Below are positions 31,993-41,199 of a DNA stretch of 64,000 nucleotides, one piece after another. Both the position numbers and the translations under genes were made by a program. Below the pieces are notes generated by a model. It did no database searches and was not told the DNA's origin. It worked only from the letters and a program-made list of their open reading frames with translations. This stretch comes from Alphaproteobacteria bacterium (lineage in GTDB: Bacteria; Pseudomonadota; Alphaproteobacteria; JAUHZY01): NCBI GenBank assembly GCA_030425825.1, contig JAUHZY010000001.1, positions 838,834 to 902,833 of the forward strand, written 5' to 3'. The stretch's first letter is position 1, and each line of letters opens with the position of its first letter.

Positions 31993-33002
31993 TAAATATA
32001 ATCCCTCACAAGCACCTCAGCTATTTGAACAGCATTTAAAGCCGCACCTTTCCGCAAGTTATCAGAAACAATCCACATATTTAAGGCATTTTCTGCTGAT
32101 GCATCTTTCCGCAAGCGACTAATAACCGTTGCATCTTCTCCAGCAATCTCAACAGGCGTGACATATCCTCCGTCTTCACGGTTATCAACGACACCTAGGC
32201 CAGGCGACCTACTTAAAACATCTCTTGCCTCTTCTTCACTGATATCGTGTTCAAATTCAATGTTCACCATTTCAGCATGCCCAACAAATACAGGGACGCG
32301 AACACAGTTTGCACAAACTGAAAAGTCTGCGCTCATAATTTTCTTCGTCTCTACATCCATTTTCCATTCTTCTTTTGTGCGACCATCTTCCATAAAAACA
32401 TCAATTTGTGGAATCACATTAAAAGCCATCTGTTTTGTAAAGACCTTCGGTTCAACCTCTTCACCAGAAAAAATTGCACGAGACTGATCAAATAATTCTT
32501 CCATTGACGCACGACCACCGCCTGAAACAGACTGGTACGTTGAAACAACAACGCGCTTGATTGTCGCCAGATCATGCAAAGGCTTTAATGCCAAAACCAT
32601 TTGAATTGTTGAACAGTTTGGGTTGGCGATAATATTTTTCGCTGTATACCCAGCAATCGCATCACTGTTTACTTCAGGCACAATTAGAGGCACCTGCGGA
32701 TCTGTGCGAAAATGTGAAGAGTTATCAATAACAATTGCACCTGCTGCAGCTGCTTTGGGTGCAAACTCTGCAGCAACAGCCCCCCCTGCAGAAGATAAGG
32801 CGATATCTACTTTTGAAAAATCAAACTTATCAAGAGACTCAACCTTGAGTGTTTGCTCACCAAATTCAAGTTCACTACCTTCTGAGCTTGCAGATGCAAC
32901 CGCAAAAACTTCATCAGCCGGGAAGCTTCTTGCCGCTAGTACATCTAGGATTTCTTGACCAACGTTTCCTGTTGCACCAACAACAGCAATCTTATGTCCC
33001 AT
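31992..33002 (-). CDS. asd: Aspartate-semialdehyde dehydrogenase
   Basis: GATGNVG, IANPNCSTIQ, STYQSVSG, DNLRKGAALNAVQIAE. Confidence 0.97.
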   Translation of the reverse strand: MGHKIAVVGATGNVGQEILDVLAARSFPADEVFAVASASSEGSELEFGEQTLKVESLDKFDFSKVDIALSSAGGAVAAEFAPKAAAAGAIVIDNSSHFRTDPQVPLIVPEVNSDAIAGYTAKNIIANPNCSTIQMVLALKPLHDLATIKRVVVSTYQSVSGGGRASMEELFDQSRAIFSGEEVEPKVFTKQMAFNVIPQIDVFMEDGRTKEEWKMDVETKKIMSADFSVCANCVRVPVFVGHAEMVNIEFEHDISEEEARDVLSRSPGLGVVDNREDGGYVTPVEIAGEDATVISRLRKDASAENALNMWIVSDNLRKGAALNAVQIAEVLVRDYI

Positions 33003-33597
33003 TTTTAACTCCTTCTTTATTTGTTAAGACAATACTTCTTGATATTTGATCATGCAATCCCTGTTTAGAAAAAGAAAACCAGATTGATAAAAGGCTTGAA
33101 ATGAAAAAGATAGAAAAGACACTTAGTAAAGCAAATGGAAAATATGGAATATACAACAAACTTAAAGGTAAAATAATCAACAGCATCTCTGGCCAAAAAG
33201 AATAGCCCAGGTAAATCATGAAAAATGGCAACAAAACGAGAAGATAGAAAACACTATACAAAGGACTTGCCAGCACACGAACAAAAACACGCCCTATTCC
33301 AGCGGCTCTTCCATAATAGTTCGCAACAACAATGTTCATTTTCTTTTGACCGAAGCTACAGCCAAGTTTGAAAAAACAAACGACATAATAAAGCCACATG
33401 CAGCCTATTGTTAAAAACACTTTAAGCAAAAATGCAAATGGCATTTGAACCAATTGAAACAACATGAAAGCATCCTTTGTCACCCAAAAACTGTCAATAA
33501 AAAAGCTGACGACAAAACCCAAAGCAATAAAAACAATAAAATCAATGCAGGCAGCAAGAAATCTGTCTGACAGTGGGGCAAAAGAAAAGTTCATCAT
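32992..33597 (-). CDS. RDD family membrane protein
   Basis: RFLAACID, SFGQKKMNIVV, KQGLHDQISRSIV. Confidence 0.8.
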   Translation of the reverse strand: MMNFSFAPLSDRFLAACIDFIVFIALGFVVSFFIDSFWVTKDAFMLFQLVQMPFAFLLKVFLTIGCMWLYYVVCFFKLGCSFGQKKMNIVVANYYGRAAGIGRVFVRVLASPLYSVFYLLVLLPFFMIYLGYSFWPEMLLIILPLSLLYIPYFPFALLSVFSIFFISSLLSIWFSFSKQGLHDQISRSIVLTNKEGVKNGT

Positions 33598-33608
33598 ATC
33601 CTCGGAAT

Positions 33609-33646
33609 AAAAAAAGCCTGTCTCCAGAATGCCAGAGACAGGCTTT
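33609..33646 (-). terminator. rplS terminator
   Basis: AAAGCCTGTCTC...GAGACAGGCTTT hairpin with T run on the minus strand. Confidence 0.8.
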
Positions 33647-33671
33647 AAAATTTTTAAATCTTATTTAAAGA

Positions 33672-34109
33672 CTAGCTCTCTGTTTTTTCTGCAGCTTTTG
33701 GTTTTGATTCAACCTTAGGCGCAGCCTCATCAGCTGTTTTCTTTTTAACATGCGTTCTTTTTTCTGCAATACGTGCTTTTTTACCACGCAATTCACGAAG
33801 ATAGTAAAGTTTTGCACGACGAACGATACCACGACGCACAACTTCAATATTGTCAATCATTGGACCGTAAAGTGGGAAAACACGCTCAACACCTTCGTTG
33901 TAAGAAATCTTACGAACTGTGAAAGATGAGTTTACACCATCATTACTGCGCGCGATACAAACACCTTCAAAAGCCTGGATACGCTCACGCTCACCTTCTT
34001 TAACTTTGATGTTTACACGCAAAGTATCACCAGCAGCAAATTCAGGGATCTCCCTGCCTTCTACCAGTCTTTTAACTTCTTCTTGTTCAACTTGCTGTAA
34101 CAAATTCAT
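33672..34109 (-). CDS. rplS: 50S ribosomal protein L19
   Basis: [34 protein letters not shown]. Confidence 0.98.
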   Translation of the reverse strand: MNLLQQVEQEEVKRLVEGREIPEFAAGDTLRVNIKVKEGERERIQAFEGVCIARSNDGVNSSFTVRKISYNEGVERVFPLYGPMIDNIEVVRRGIVRRAKLYYLRELRGKKARIAEKRTHVKKKTADEAAPKVESKPKAAEKTES

Positions 34110-34126
34110 TTTCTTCTCCTGGACTT

Positions 34127-34852
34127 TTAAACGTCTTCAGACTTTTTCTTATAATTTTTCCACAAATCGGGGCGCCTCAAACGGGTTATTTCTTCCCTGC
34201 TTTCTAGGCGAAAGCTCTTTATACACGCATGATTGCCCGAAAGCAAGAGAGAAGGTACACTTTTTTTTACTTTTTCTTCACCTTGTAAGACTTCCCAAAT
34301 TTCTGGTCTTGTATAGTGCGGATATTCCAGCAGACCATTTGCAAAACTTTCTTCTTCGTGTGTTTCTTGATTTGAAACAACACCTGGCAACAAACGTACG
34401 CAAGAATCTAGCAAAACCTGTGAAGCCACCTCGCCACCAGACAAAATGTAATCACCAATTGATATCTCAACCATATCATGATGCTCAATCACCCGCTGAT
34501 CAACGCCTTCATAACGTCCACATAGAATTTTTACACCATCCTCTTTGGCAAAAATCTCGACTTGCTCCTGTGTGAGCGGCTTCCCTCTTGGTGTTAAATA
34601 GACAGTTTTTCCCGGTTTATTTGCGAATGCCTGCAAAGCGTTATCAACAACATCTGCACGCATCACCATTCCGGCGCCGCCGCCGTAAGGCGTATCATCA
34701 ACTGTTTTGTGCTTGTCAAAAGCATAATCACGTATTTGAACTGTCTCCAGCGACCAAATATCTTTTTTTAAAGCTCTTCCTGCCAGTGAATACCCTAAAC
34801 TGCCCGGAAACATTTCAGGAAATAGTGTAAAAACCGTTGCTTGCCACGTCAT
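34127..34852 (-). CDS. trmD: tRNA (guanine-N1)-methyltransferase
   Basis: [49 protein letters not shown]. Confidence 0.97.
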   Translation of the reverse strand: MTWQATVFTLFPEMFPGSLGYSLAGRALKKDIWSLETVQIRDYAFDKHKTVDDTPYGGGAGMVMRADVVDNALQAFANKPGKTVYLTPRGKPLTQEQVEIFAKEDGVKILCGRYEGVDQRVIEHHDMVEISIGDYILSGGEVASQVLLDSCVRLLPGVVSNQETHEEESFANGLLEYPHYTRPEIWEVLQGEEKVKKSVPSLLLSGNHACIKSFRLESREEITRLRRPDLWKNYKKKSEDV

Positions 34853-34865
34853 TATTTTCTCCAAA

Positions 34866-34901
34866 CAAAAAAAAGCGCACATCAAAAATTATGTGCGCTT
34901 C
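34866..34901 (-). terminator. Terminator downstream of the small orphan gene
   Basis: AAGCGCACAT...ATGTGCGCTT hairpin followed by a T run on the minus strand. Confidence 0.75.
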
Positions 34902-34935
34902 TTATTATCAGCTTTAGAGCATCTCTAAAAGCTTC

Positions 34936-35112
34936 TTATCGTTCCATACCCTGCAAAGCCATCGGGTTAACTTGTTGCTGCTCAGAGCCACCCGTCAAAC
35001 CATAAAACATCGAAGAGTCTTTCAGAAACTGGTCTACCACACTATCTCCAGCTGGTTTAACAGCACTGAGGCGGTTTGCCATAAAGCTTGAATTGTTGAA
35101 ATTATCACTCAT
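34936..35112 (-). CDS. Small orphan protein, 58 aa (MSDNF...VNPMALQGMER)
   Basis: RBS AGGAG, own near-consensus promoter and own terminator. Confidence 0.7.
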   Translation of the reverse strand: MSDNFNNSSFMANRLSAVKPAGDSVVDQFLKDSSMFYGLTGGSEQQQVNPMALQGMER

Positions 35113-35196
35113 GTTCTTCACTCCTGTTTTGGGCGTTCAAAGTGGGTCATTTTAACCCTTTATTGCGTCGATAAATCTTCTTTCCAACGTTAGATA

Positions 35197-35225
35197 AGTA
35201 TGACATAAAAACATCATCTTGTCAA
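35197..35225 (-). promoter_or_regulatory. Near-consensus sigma-70 promoter of the small orphan gene
   Basis: TTGACA-17bp-CATACT on the minus strand. Confidence 0.7.
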
Positions 35226-35260
35226 TTTAGTGCCAAACAAGATTTTACTATCCTTGATTT

Positions 35261-35307
35261 TGGCAACAAGTTGTGATCAAAGCCATTTTCATCACAACAT
35301 CTAGTTT
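35261..35307. promoter_or_regulatory. Tandem NrdR-like boxes
   Basis: TGGCAACAAGTTGTGA (35261) and TCACAACATCTAGTTT (35292), starts 31 bp apart, matching acaCwAtATaTwGtgt. Confidence 0.5.
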
Positions 35308-35421
35308 AAAGTTTGTTTATTGTTATTTTTTTCGTGACATTAAAACAAAGGCTTGTCTTCCCCCCAGAAGGGGTTATAGAATCCTCTTTAAACAATTTTT
35401 AGACTAAAAGTGAAGAATACA

Positions 35422-36477
35422 ATGGATTTTGCCTTACCTTTTTCTGCCCCAGTGTCGCTTGTGAGCTCCAAAGTTCTTGGTAACGCCCCTCTACAGGCAG
35501 AAGCAGAAAACCAAATCGACCCAACGCTAGATTTAGAGGCTGAGATATCTCGCCTTAAAAAAGACATGAATGCTGTTATTCTTGCGCATTACTACCAAGA
35601 TGGCGACATTCAAGATCTCGCAGACTTTGTTGGTGACTCGCTGGACCTTTCGCGCAAGGCTGCGAACACAGATGCGGATGTGATCGTTTTTTGTGGTGTA
35701 AAGTTTATGGCTGAAACAGCCAAAGTGTTGAGCCCCCAGAAACTTGTCCTTCTTCCCGATGAAAAAGCAGGCTGCTCGCTAGAACAGTCTTGCCCGCCAG
35801 CTGACTTTAAAGTTTTTCGCGAAAAATATCCTGACCACATTGCCGTCACTTATATTAATTGCTCAGCAGAAATAAAAGCATTGTCGGATATTATCTGCAC
35901 ATCAACAAATGCAGAGCAAATCATCCGTCAAATTCCCAAAGATCAGCCTATCATCTTTGCTCCAGACCGCCATCTTGGCGCTTACATTTCCAAGAAAACA
36001 GGGCGAGATATGGTCTTATGGCAAGGAACATGCGTTGTACACGAACAATTCTCAGTCAAAGAAATGGTGAAATTGAAAACAATCCACCCTGATGCAAAGG
36101 TTGCGGCACACCCAGAATGCCCAGAAGACCTTTTAAAACATGCTGACCATATTGGCTCAACCTCTTCTCTCTTAAAATATGTAACAGAAGACAGCGCTCA
36201 GAAATACATCATTGCGACCGAACCTGGCATTATTCATCAAATGCAAAAAGCAGCCCCACACAAAGAGTTTATTGGTGCACCAGGTGCAGACGGAAAATGC
36301 TCATGCAACACATGTCCCTTTATGGCATTAAACACGATGGAAAAGCTCTACCTTACAATGAAAAACAAAACACCCGCCATCGAAGTACCTGATACCCTAC
36401 GCGCACAAGCGCTCCTTCCCCTAGATCGCATGTTAAAAATGTCACAAAACATCCCAACCAGTAAAATCTCTACGTAA
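35422..36477 (+). CDS. nadA: Quinolinate synthase
   Basis: [49 protein letters not shown]. Confidence 0.96.
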   Translation: MDFALPFSAPVSLVSSKVLGNAPLQAEAENQIDPTLDLEAEISRLKKDMNAVILAHYYQDGDIQDLADFVGDSLDLSRKAANTDADVIVFCGVKFMAETAKVLSPQKLVLLPDEKAGCSLEQSCPPADFKVFREKYPDHIAVTYINCSAEIKALSDIICTSTNAEQIIRQIPKDQPIIFAPDRHLGAYISKKTGRDMVLWQGTCVVHEQFSVKEMVKLKTIHPDAKVAAHPECPEDLLKHADHIGSTSSLLKYVTEDSAQKYIIATEPGIIHQMQKAAPHKEFIGAPGADGKCSCNTCPFMALNTMEKLYLTMKNKTPAIEVPDTLRAQALLPLDRMLKMSQNIPTSKIST

Positions 36478-37313
36478 TGCCTTACAACCATCTCATTTCA
36501 CAATTCCTTGCAGAAGACCTGAAAGATGCAGGAGACATCACATCTAAAGCTTTATTCAGCGAACAAGACTTTTTAAAAGCAAACCTAAACTGTCGAGAAG
36601 ACATGGTTATTGCAGGCCTTGAGATTGCGAAAGAAGTTTTTCTTTTTATCGACCCAAACATCACCTTCAAAGCATATGTAAAAGATGGTGATAACGTCAA
36701 AAAAGGAACAACCATTGCCTTGGTTGAAGGCCCTGCCACACCACTTTTATCAGCAGAGAGAACAGCCCTCAACCTTCTACAACACTTATGTGGTATAGCC
36801 ACATATACACGGACATATGTAGAAAAAATTGCACACACTTCTGCAAAGCTGCTTGATACACGAAAAACGACCCCAGGGCTACGTGACTTAGAAAAAATGG
36901 CAACCAAGCTTGGTGGCGCAACCAACCACCGCATGGGGCTTTATGATGCCATTATGATAAAGGATAACCACTTAGCCACTTTAAAAGAAGCATTTCCAAA
37001 TCAAGAAATTGAAAAAGCGATTGAAAAATGCCGAGACGCAGGCCATCACTTTATTGAAATTGAGTGCGATACATTAGAACAGTTTCAACAGGCCTTGCAG
37101 GCAGGTGCCAACCGCATTCTTCTAGACAACATGCCAACAGAAACACTAGCAAAAGCTGTAAAAATCAATCAAGGACAGTGTGAGCTGGAAGCTTCTGGCA
37201 ATGTTTCACTAGAAACAATAAAGTCAATTGCAGAAACAGGTGTAGATTATATCTCAGTTGGCCGCATCACACACTCCGCAGAAGCCGTCGATATCGGTTT
37301 AGATTTTTATTAA
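36477..37313 (+). CDS. nadC: Nicotinate-nucleotide diphosphorylase (QAPRTase)
   Basis: GDITS, AERTALN, DTRKTTPGLR, HRMGLYD.IMIKDNH, LLDNM, EASG. Confidence 0.96.
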   Translation: MPYNHLISQFLAEDLKDAGDITSKALFSEQDFLKANLNCREDMVIAGLEIAKEVFLFIDPNITFKAYVKDGDNVKKGTTIALVEGPATPLLSAERTALNLLQHLCGIATYTRTYVEKIAHTSAKLLDTRKTTPGLRDLEKMATKLGGATNHRMGLYDAIMIKDNHLATLKEAFPNQEIEKAIEKCRDAGHHFIEIECDTLEQFQQALQAGANRILLDNMPTETLAKAVKINQGQCELEASGNVSLETIKSIAETGVDYISVGRITHSAEAVDIGLDFY

Positions 37314-38383
37314 GACCGCCTCATCACAGGCTTAAGTTTCAATTCAAAAACAACACGCAGTGACAGCGCGAACAAAACCAATGCCATTGCTTGGTGGAGA
37401 GCACCAAGAAAAACAGGCACATGTAGAAGCAGAGTCAAAATACCCAGGAAAAACTGGAGCAAAACAGCAGCGCATACAAAAAGGCAGATCTGCGAAACAG
37501 GCCACATTCTTTCTCGGCACAAGACATATAAGCGTAAATTCACAGCAAGCGTGATCAACACTGTCAAAACAGCCAAAACACGGTGATTAAACTGTACAGT
37601 CGCAGGGTGCTGGAAAAAGTTCTGCCAAACAGGGTCTAGAAACAGGTAATCATCAGGAACAATATGCCCTCCCATTAAGGGAAAAGTATTATAGATTAGG
37701 CCGGCATCATTTCCGGCGACAAATGCACCGGATAAGATTGTCATAAAAATACAAAAAACAGGGATATAAGAAAGAAAATAAAAAGATTCATTCTTCTTTT
37801 TAAAATGTCTTTCTGTCTTAAATTGTCGCCACCCTACCCAAAACAGAAGACCAAATAAAAAAACAGCAAACCCGAGATGCAAGGTAAGCCTATAAGGGTC
37901 AACAGAAGGAACATCATTCAGGCCACTTTGCACCATAAACCAACCTATAAACCCTTGAAACCCTCCTAAAAAAAGCAATCCTAAGAAGACAAAAAACTGG
38001 CGTTTCGTAAGCGATTTTTTAATAAAAAACCAACAAAGTGGTACAAAGAAAACAATGCCGATAAGCCTTCCCCAAAGACGATGTATAAACTCCCACCAAA
38101 AAATTGATTTAAAATCAGCTAGCGACATCCATGTATTAATTTTTTGAAACTCAGGAGACGCTTTGTAAAGGTCAAAAACACGCAACCATTCGCCCTCAGA
38201 AAACGGGGGGAAAAAACCTGTTAAAGGTCTCCACTCAACCATTGAAAGGCCCGACTCTGTCAGGCGTGTTGCGGCACCAATAACAGCCATAAAGAACACC
38301 ATAACAGCGCAAACGACAAGCCACCAACCAATATAAGGTGTTGTCATATTATGTTTTTCTCTAAAAAAGTTTTTCATACTCAT
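37310..38383 (-). CDS. ctaA: Heme A synthase (COX15/CtaA)
   Basis: GAATRLTESGLSMVEW, WEFIHRLWGR, QGFIGWFMVQSGL, YNTFPLMG, QFNHR, LHQ. Confidence 0.93.
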   Translation of the reverse strand: MSMKNFFREKHNMTTPYIGWWLVVCAVMVFFMAVIGAATRLTESGLSMVEWRPLTGFFPPFSEGEWLRVFDLYKASPEFQKINTWMSLADFKSIFWWEFIHRLWGRLIGIVFFVPLCWFFIKKSLTKRQFFVFLGLLFLGGFQGFIGWFMVQSGLNDVPSVDPYRLTLHLGFAVFLFGLLFWVGWRQFKTERHFKKKNESFYFLSYIPVFCIFMTILSGAFVAGNDAGLIYNTFPLMGGHIVPDDYLFLDPVWQNFFQHPATVQFNHRVLAVLTVLITLAVNLRLYVLCRERMWPVSQICLFVCAAVLLQFFLGILTLLLHVPVFLGALHQAMALVLFALSLRVVFELKLKPVMRRS

Positions 38384-38883
38384 TTTTTCGGCAAAACCTT
38401 AAAAAGTTTTGGACCTTCTTTCTTAAGCCATATTCTCGCTTTTTTGTGATCAGGGTATAAGTCATCAACCAAAGACCAAAATTCACGACTATGATTCATG
38501 TGGATCATGTGTGCAACCTCGTGGGCGACAACATACTCTAAAACATAAGGAGGTGCCATGATTAATCGCCAAGAAAATGAAAGATTTTTTTTTGAAGAAC
38601 AACTCCCCCACTGAGAGGTTGTATCTTTTATTGAAACCCTATTGGCTTTTTTATTAATTTTTTTGGTGTAATGATAAACTTTATCCGAAACTTCTTTTTT
38701 TGCCTGTTCTTTTAACCAGTCCATCAACCGCCTTCTTATATATCTTTTTTCCCCTGGAACAAAAAAAGAACCATTTTTGATTTCAACCACGCCCCTTTTC
38801 ATATCGACATGCTCAACGTGAAGCAGCTCTCCTTTAAAAGGTACCCTCTTTAAGGCTAAAAAACCTGAAAAAACAGAAATCAT
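38380..38883 (-). CDS. M48-like / DUF45 (YgjP-type) metal-dependent hydrolase; start uncertain
   Basis: SQWGSCS, LSFSWRLIMAP, YVVAHEVAH..HMNHS..FW. Confidence 0.85.
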   Translation of the reverse strand: MISVFSGFLALKRVPFKGELLHVEHVDMKRGVVEIKNGSFFVPGEKRYIRRRLMDWLKEQAKKEVSDKVYHYTKKINKKANRVSIKDTTSQWGSCSSKKNLSFSWRLIMAPPYVLEYVVAHEVAHMIHMNHSREFWSLVDDLYPDHKKARIWLKKEGPKLFKVLPKK

Positions 38884-38955
38884 AGTGGCTTCCCCGCAAC
38901 AAACTTGCTTCTCCAACATCAGATTCATCTTGAAAAAAGCGATAAAGACCAAAAC

Positions 38956-38971
38956 TGGCACAAGCACTGCA
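38956..38971 (+). promoter_or_regulatory. Sigma-54 (-24/-12) promoter of the flgE paralog at 39012
   Basis: TGGCAC-AAGCA-CTGCA, 40 bp upstream of the ATG. Confidence 0.72.
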
Positions 38972-39011
38972 CTGAATATATCGGATTATTTAAAGAAGGA
39001 CTATTTGTTTT

Positions 39012-40520
39012 ATGAGTGTATTTGGTGCGATGACGACGGGTGTATCTGGGCTGAAAGGCTTTGGCGGCGCTTTGAATCATATCTCTGAGAATATATCGAA
39101 TGTGACGACCTTGGGTTACAAGCGTGTTGAGACACGTTTTTCAACGCTTGTAACGACGTCGACATCACGAGTTCATAATGCAGGTGGTGCGAATATTAAG
39201 CCTTCTTTCAGGATCAGCTCTCAGGGTCTTCAACAACAATCTGACGTATCGACACACTTATCTGTAACAGGTGAAGGGATGTTTACGGTCACAGATCAAT
39301 TGCCTGTTTCTGCGATTACATCTTATGGTCGGAACTCGTTTTATACGCGTGCGGGTGATTTTATTGTTGATCAAGATGGGTATTTGAAAAACGGTGCGGG
39401 ATATTATCTGCAGGGTTGGACAACAGATTCAAGTGGTGATGTGATTAACACCTCGCAATTGGCACCATTGCGTGTCACAGATATTGTTGATGCACCAATG
39501 CAGACAACAACGATTGATTATAATGTGAATGTGCCATCCGGGGTACCACAGCCTTCTGATGTTGACCTTTATAATAGCACAAGCCCCGCAGATGCCTTAG
39601 ACCCAACACATGGAGCATATGGCTCTGTCTTTGGCCCAAACCAGATCCTAATCTATGACTCATTAGGTGGCGAGCATTCTCTGAGTATGTACTGGACAAA
39701 AGTCCCTGCAAACAGGGCTGTAGGTGCTGGAAGTGTTTTTGGGAATAATGCCAACCCAAATAAATGGCTTGTTTCCATCATTCCATCCTCCTCGATTCCT
39801 GGCGTTACAATTGAAACAGAATTCAATGGTATTGGTGCAGCACCACAAACAGAGGCACGCGAACTAGGTATTGAGTTTAATTCTGATGGATCAATTGCTG
39901 GCATCTACCGAAACGAGTCACACAATGTTTATAACACAGGCGCAGCAGCTCCTCCAGGGATTGCTGGTTGGTCATCTATGGTTTTAGAACCATCTGCCAG
40001 CGTCGACATAGACTTGGTATATACGGGCGGCACATACTTACCAACAAGCGCACAAACAGTCACCATTGATTTTGGCACCTTGAATGCAACATCAGGCTCA
40101 ACAACACAGTGGAACGAGCCAGATATTTCGATCAGAAATTTCTTGCAGGATGGCAACCCTGCTGGTGCGGTTGAAAATATTGATATTGATGGCGAAGGTC
40201 TGATCAATCTGAATTTTGATAATGGTAATTCAACGCCACGCTATAAAATTCCTATCGCACGTTTTGCAAACTATAATGGCCTTCAACTGATCGACGGCAA
40301 TGCCTACCTTGCAACCAGCTTTTCTGGTGATGCCTTTTATGCAGCAGCAGGTGATAACGGGCTGGGAACAATTACATCAAATAATCTTGAGCTGTCGAAT
40401 GTTGATTTGGCAGACGAGTTCACAAAAATGATCGTTGTACAAAGAGCTTACAGCGGCAATGCACGTGTCGTGACAGTCGCTGCACAATTACTGGAAGAAG
40501 TCACCGCAATTACACGATAG
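39012..40520 (+). CDS. flgE: Flagellar hook protein FlgE paralog (stand-alone)
   Basis: GVSGL..ISENISNVTTLGYK, YTRAGDF..D.DGYLKNGAGYYLQGW, LELSNVDLADEFTKMIVVQRAYSGNARV. Confidence 0.9.
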   Translation: MSVFGAMTTGVSGLKGFGGALNHISENISNVTTLGYKRVETRFSTLVTTSTSRVHNAGGANIKPSFRISSQGLQQQSDVSTHLSVTGEGMFTVTDQLPVSAITSYGRNSFYTRAGDFIVDQDGYLKNGAGYYLQGWTTDSSGDVINTSQLAPLRVTDIVDAPMQTTTIDYNVNVPSGVPQPSDVDLYNSTSPADALDPTHGAYGSVFGPNQILIYDSLGGEHSLSMYWTKVPANRAVGAGSVFGNNANPNKWLVSIIPSSSIPGVTIETEFNGIGAAPQTEARELGIEFNSDGSIAGIYRNESHNVYNTGAAAPPGIAGWSSMVLEPSASVDIDLVYTGGTYLPTSAQTVTIDFGTLNATSGSTTQWNEPDISIRNFLQDGNPAGAVENIDIDGEGLINLNFDNGNSTPRYKIPIARFANYNGLQLIDGNAYLATSFSGDAFYAAAGDNGLGTITSNNLELSNVDLADEFTKMIVVQRAYSGNARVVTVAAQLLEEVTAITR

Positions 40521-40521
40521 A

Positions 40522-41199
40522 CTAAAGAAGCCCCAAGGACTTAAAGCTTTCATGGCGCTCTAAACCAATAATGATATGATCATGCAAGACGATCCCAACG
40601 GCCTTGGCAGCTTTATTAATTTTCATTGTGATGTCGATGTCTGACTGTGAAGGCTGAGGGTCGCCTGATGGGTGGTTGTGAACCATAACAATACCAGCCG
40701 CGCCAACCTCCAAGCATCTTCTGATCACCTCACGCGGATAAATTGGCGCCTCATTGATGGTTCCTTTACTTTGAAGCTCATCCTTTATGAGCTTATTCTT
40801 ACCATCTAAAAACAAAAGCCTAAACTGTTCTTGTTTTTCATGTGCTAAAACTGTTCTGTAATAGTCTACGACTTGCTGCCAAGAAGAAAAGATTGGCTTT
40901 TTTAAAATTTGCTCTTCACCAAATTTACAAGAGATCAAATGAATAAGCTTAAAAAGTGTCGCAGCATTTTCTCCTATTCGAGGAAACTTTTTCAGCTCTT
41001 CTGTAGACGCTGAAAAAATACGCTCGAAGCTCCCAAAATGTGCCAAGAGGTCTTTTGCCAACGGCTTTACATCAATACGAGGAATGGCATAAAACAAGAC
41101 GAGCTCCAAAAGCTCGTAATCTGCTAACCCCAAGCCTTCGGCCTTTAAGAACTTTTCTTTTAGCCTTTGACGATGTCCATGTTGATGTGGCTTATTCAT
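40522..41199 (-). CDS. radC: RadC/JAB domain protein, full length; start MNKPH at 41199
   Basis: HGHRQRLKEKF, DYELLEL, IYPREV, HNHPSGDPQPS..D, HDHIII. Confidence 0.93.
   Translation of the reverse strand: MNKPHQHGHRQRLKEKFLKAEGLGLADYELLELVLFYAIPRIDVKPLAKDLLAHFGSFERIFSASTEELKKFPRIGENAATLFKLIHLISCKFGEEQILKKPIFSSWQQVVDYYRTVLAHEKQEQFRLLFLDGKNKLIKDELQSKGTINEAPIYPREVIRRCLEVGAAGIVMVHNHPSGDPQPSQSDIDITMKINKAAKAVGIVLHDHIIIGLERHESFKSLGLL

Noticed and set aside
33919..34575. 218-aa plus-strand ORF
   Set aside because: Antisense shadow of rplS and trmD with no recognisable motif
38885..39088. ORF containing LNISDYLK, resembling an FlgL C-terminus remnant before flgE
   Set aside because: The segment is explained by the sigma-54 promoter and leader of flgE; there is no stop after the motif
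40522..41199. radC as a mobile-element marker
   Set aside because: Full-length chromosomal form in the ordinary cinA-like/map/radC context
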